DNA of 64,000 nt, from assembly GCF_031769215.1 (NCBI RefSeq), contig NW_026782299.1, forward strand, positions 1,736,001 to 1,800,000, in the 5' to 3' direction. The notes beneath the pieces were generated by a model that was not told the DNA's origin, did not search any database, and saw only the letters and a list, made by a program, of their open reading frames with translations. Below, one piece after another: positions 63,483 through 64,000 of the stretch (position 1 is its first letter; the number at the start of each line of letters is the position of its first letter). This stretch comes from Ylistrum balloti (lineage: Eukaryota). The position numbers and the translations under genes were made by a program.

Positions 63483-63496
63483 TGACGTCACCGGAA
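63483..63496. promoter_or_regulatory. CRE (TGACGTCA) next to an ETS-like CCGGAA, about 230 bp upstream of the TPP1 ATG
   Basis: TGACGTCACCGGAA; motif match and position only. Confidence 0.4.
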
Positions 63497-64000
63497 AGCG
63501 CTTACTCAAACATAAAAAAATATTGTTGTTGGAATCTGCTTCAGAAATTGCCCTTTTGGGGCTTAAACTTCACTATGTCGAGGACTGCACGGATGCCACA
63601 TAGGCAGCAGAACGGAATGGTGGAAGTGAAAAGCAAGGTATGACAGAACAATGCATATGAACTTAGTTGAATATACAGGTAACTCCGTTAAAGCTACACA
63701 AGGTGTGTCGTTGAGACCCACTTCCTGGGATCTATTTTTAGCTCACTTCCATTTGTTTACATTACTGATTAAACCATCAATTTACAATAAGTATTAATTG
63801 AAAACCATATTGTTTATATGATTGAATCGTTTCTTTTCTCACACAATTAGTAAGGCATATGGAGCAATTGTAATATAATGAATATCTGCTTCTGCGAAGT
63901 CGGCTCTAATGGCAATTTGTCGATAAAATCACAACCGATCGTCTGTGACATTAGATTTTCTATGTTAATTTGTTACTTGTTTAATCATTCTTTATTTGAA

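Overview
AT-rich eukaryotic genomic DNA with GT-AG introns; repeat types and gene content point to a bivalve mollusc or related lophotrochozoan (inference). Four protein-coding genes can be assembled by hand. (1) A CYP1-family cytochrome P450 with an uninterrupted CDS (+, 5291-6799). (2) A large protein with about 33 C2H2 zinc fingers (-): giant exon 18056-24478, putative 21-nt microexon 17539-17559, last exon 15981-16235. (3) A secreted spongin short-chain-collagen (C4-like) NC1-domain protein with no collagen helix (+; 38581-38791, 41882-41959, 44554-45029; 254 aa). (4) A 12-exon gene (-, 63251 to 49613, about 810 aa) mostly invisible in the ORF track, which reconstructs as the shelterin subunit TPP1/ACD and carries a coding 36-bp repeat of SQ motifs. 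The most striking non-coding feature is a 10 x 45-bp array (39477-39915) on the sense strand of intron 1 of gene 3. Each unit is a minimal hammerhead ribozyme, and adjacent units can complete each other's fold. The rest is minisatellites, MITEs, Helentron/HINE-like elements and a CR1 LINE remnant. No rRNA, tRNA or CRISPR array is supported. All exon structures and homologies are manual inferences, not database results.
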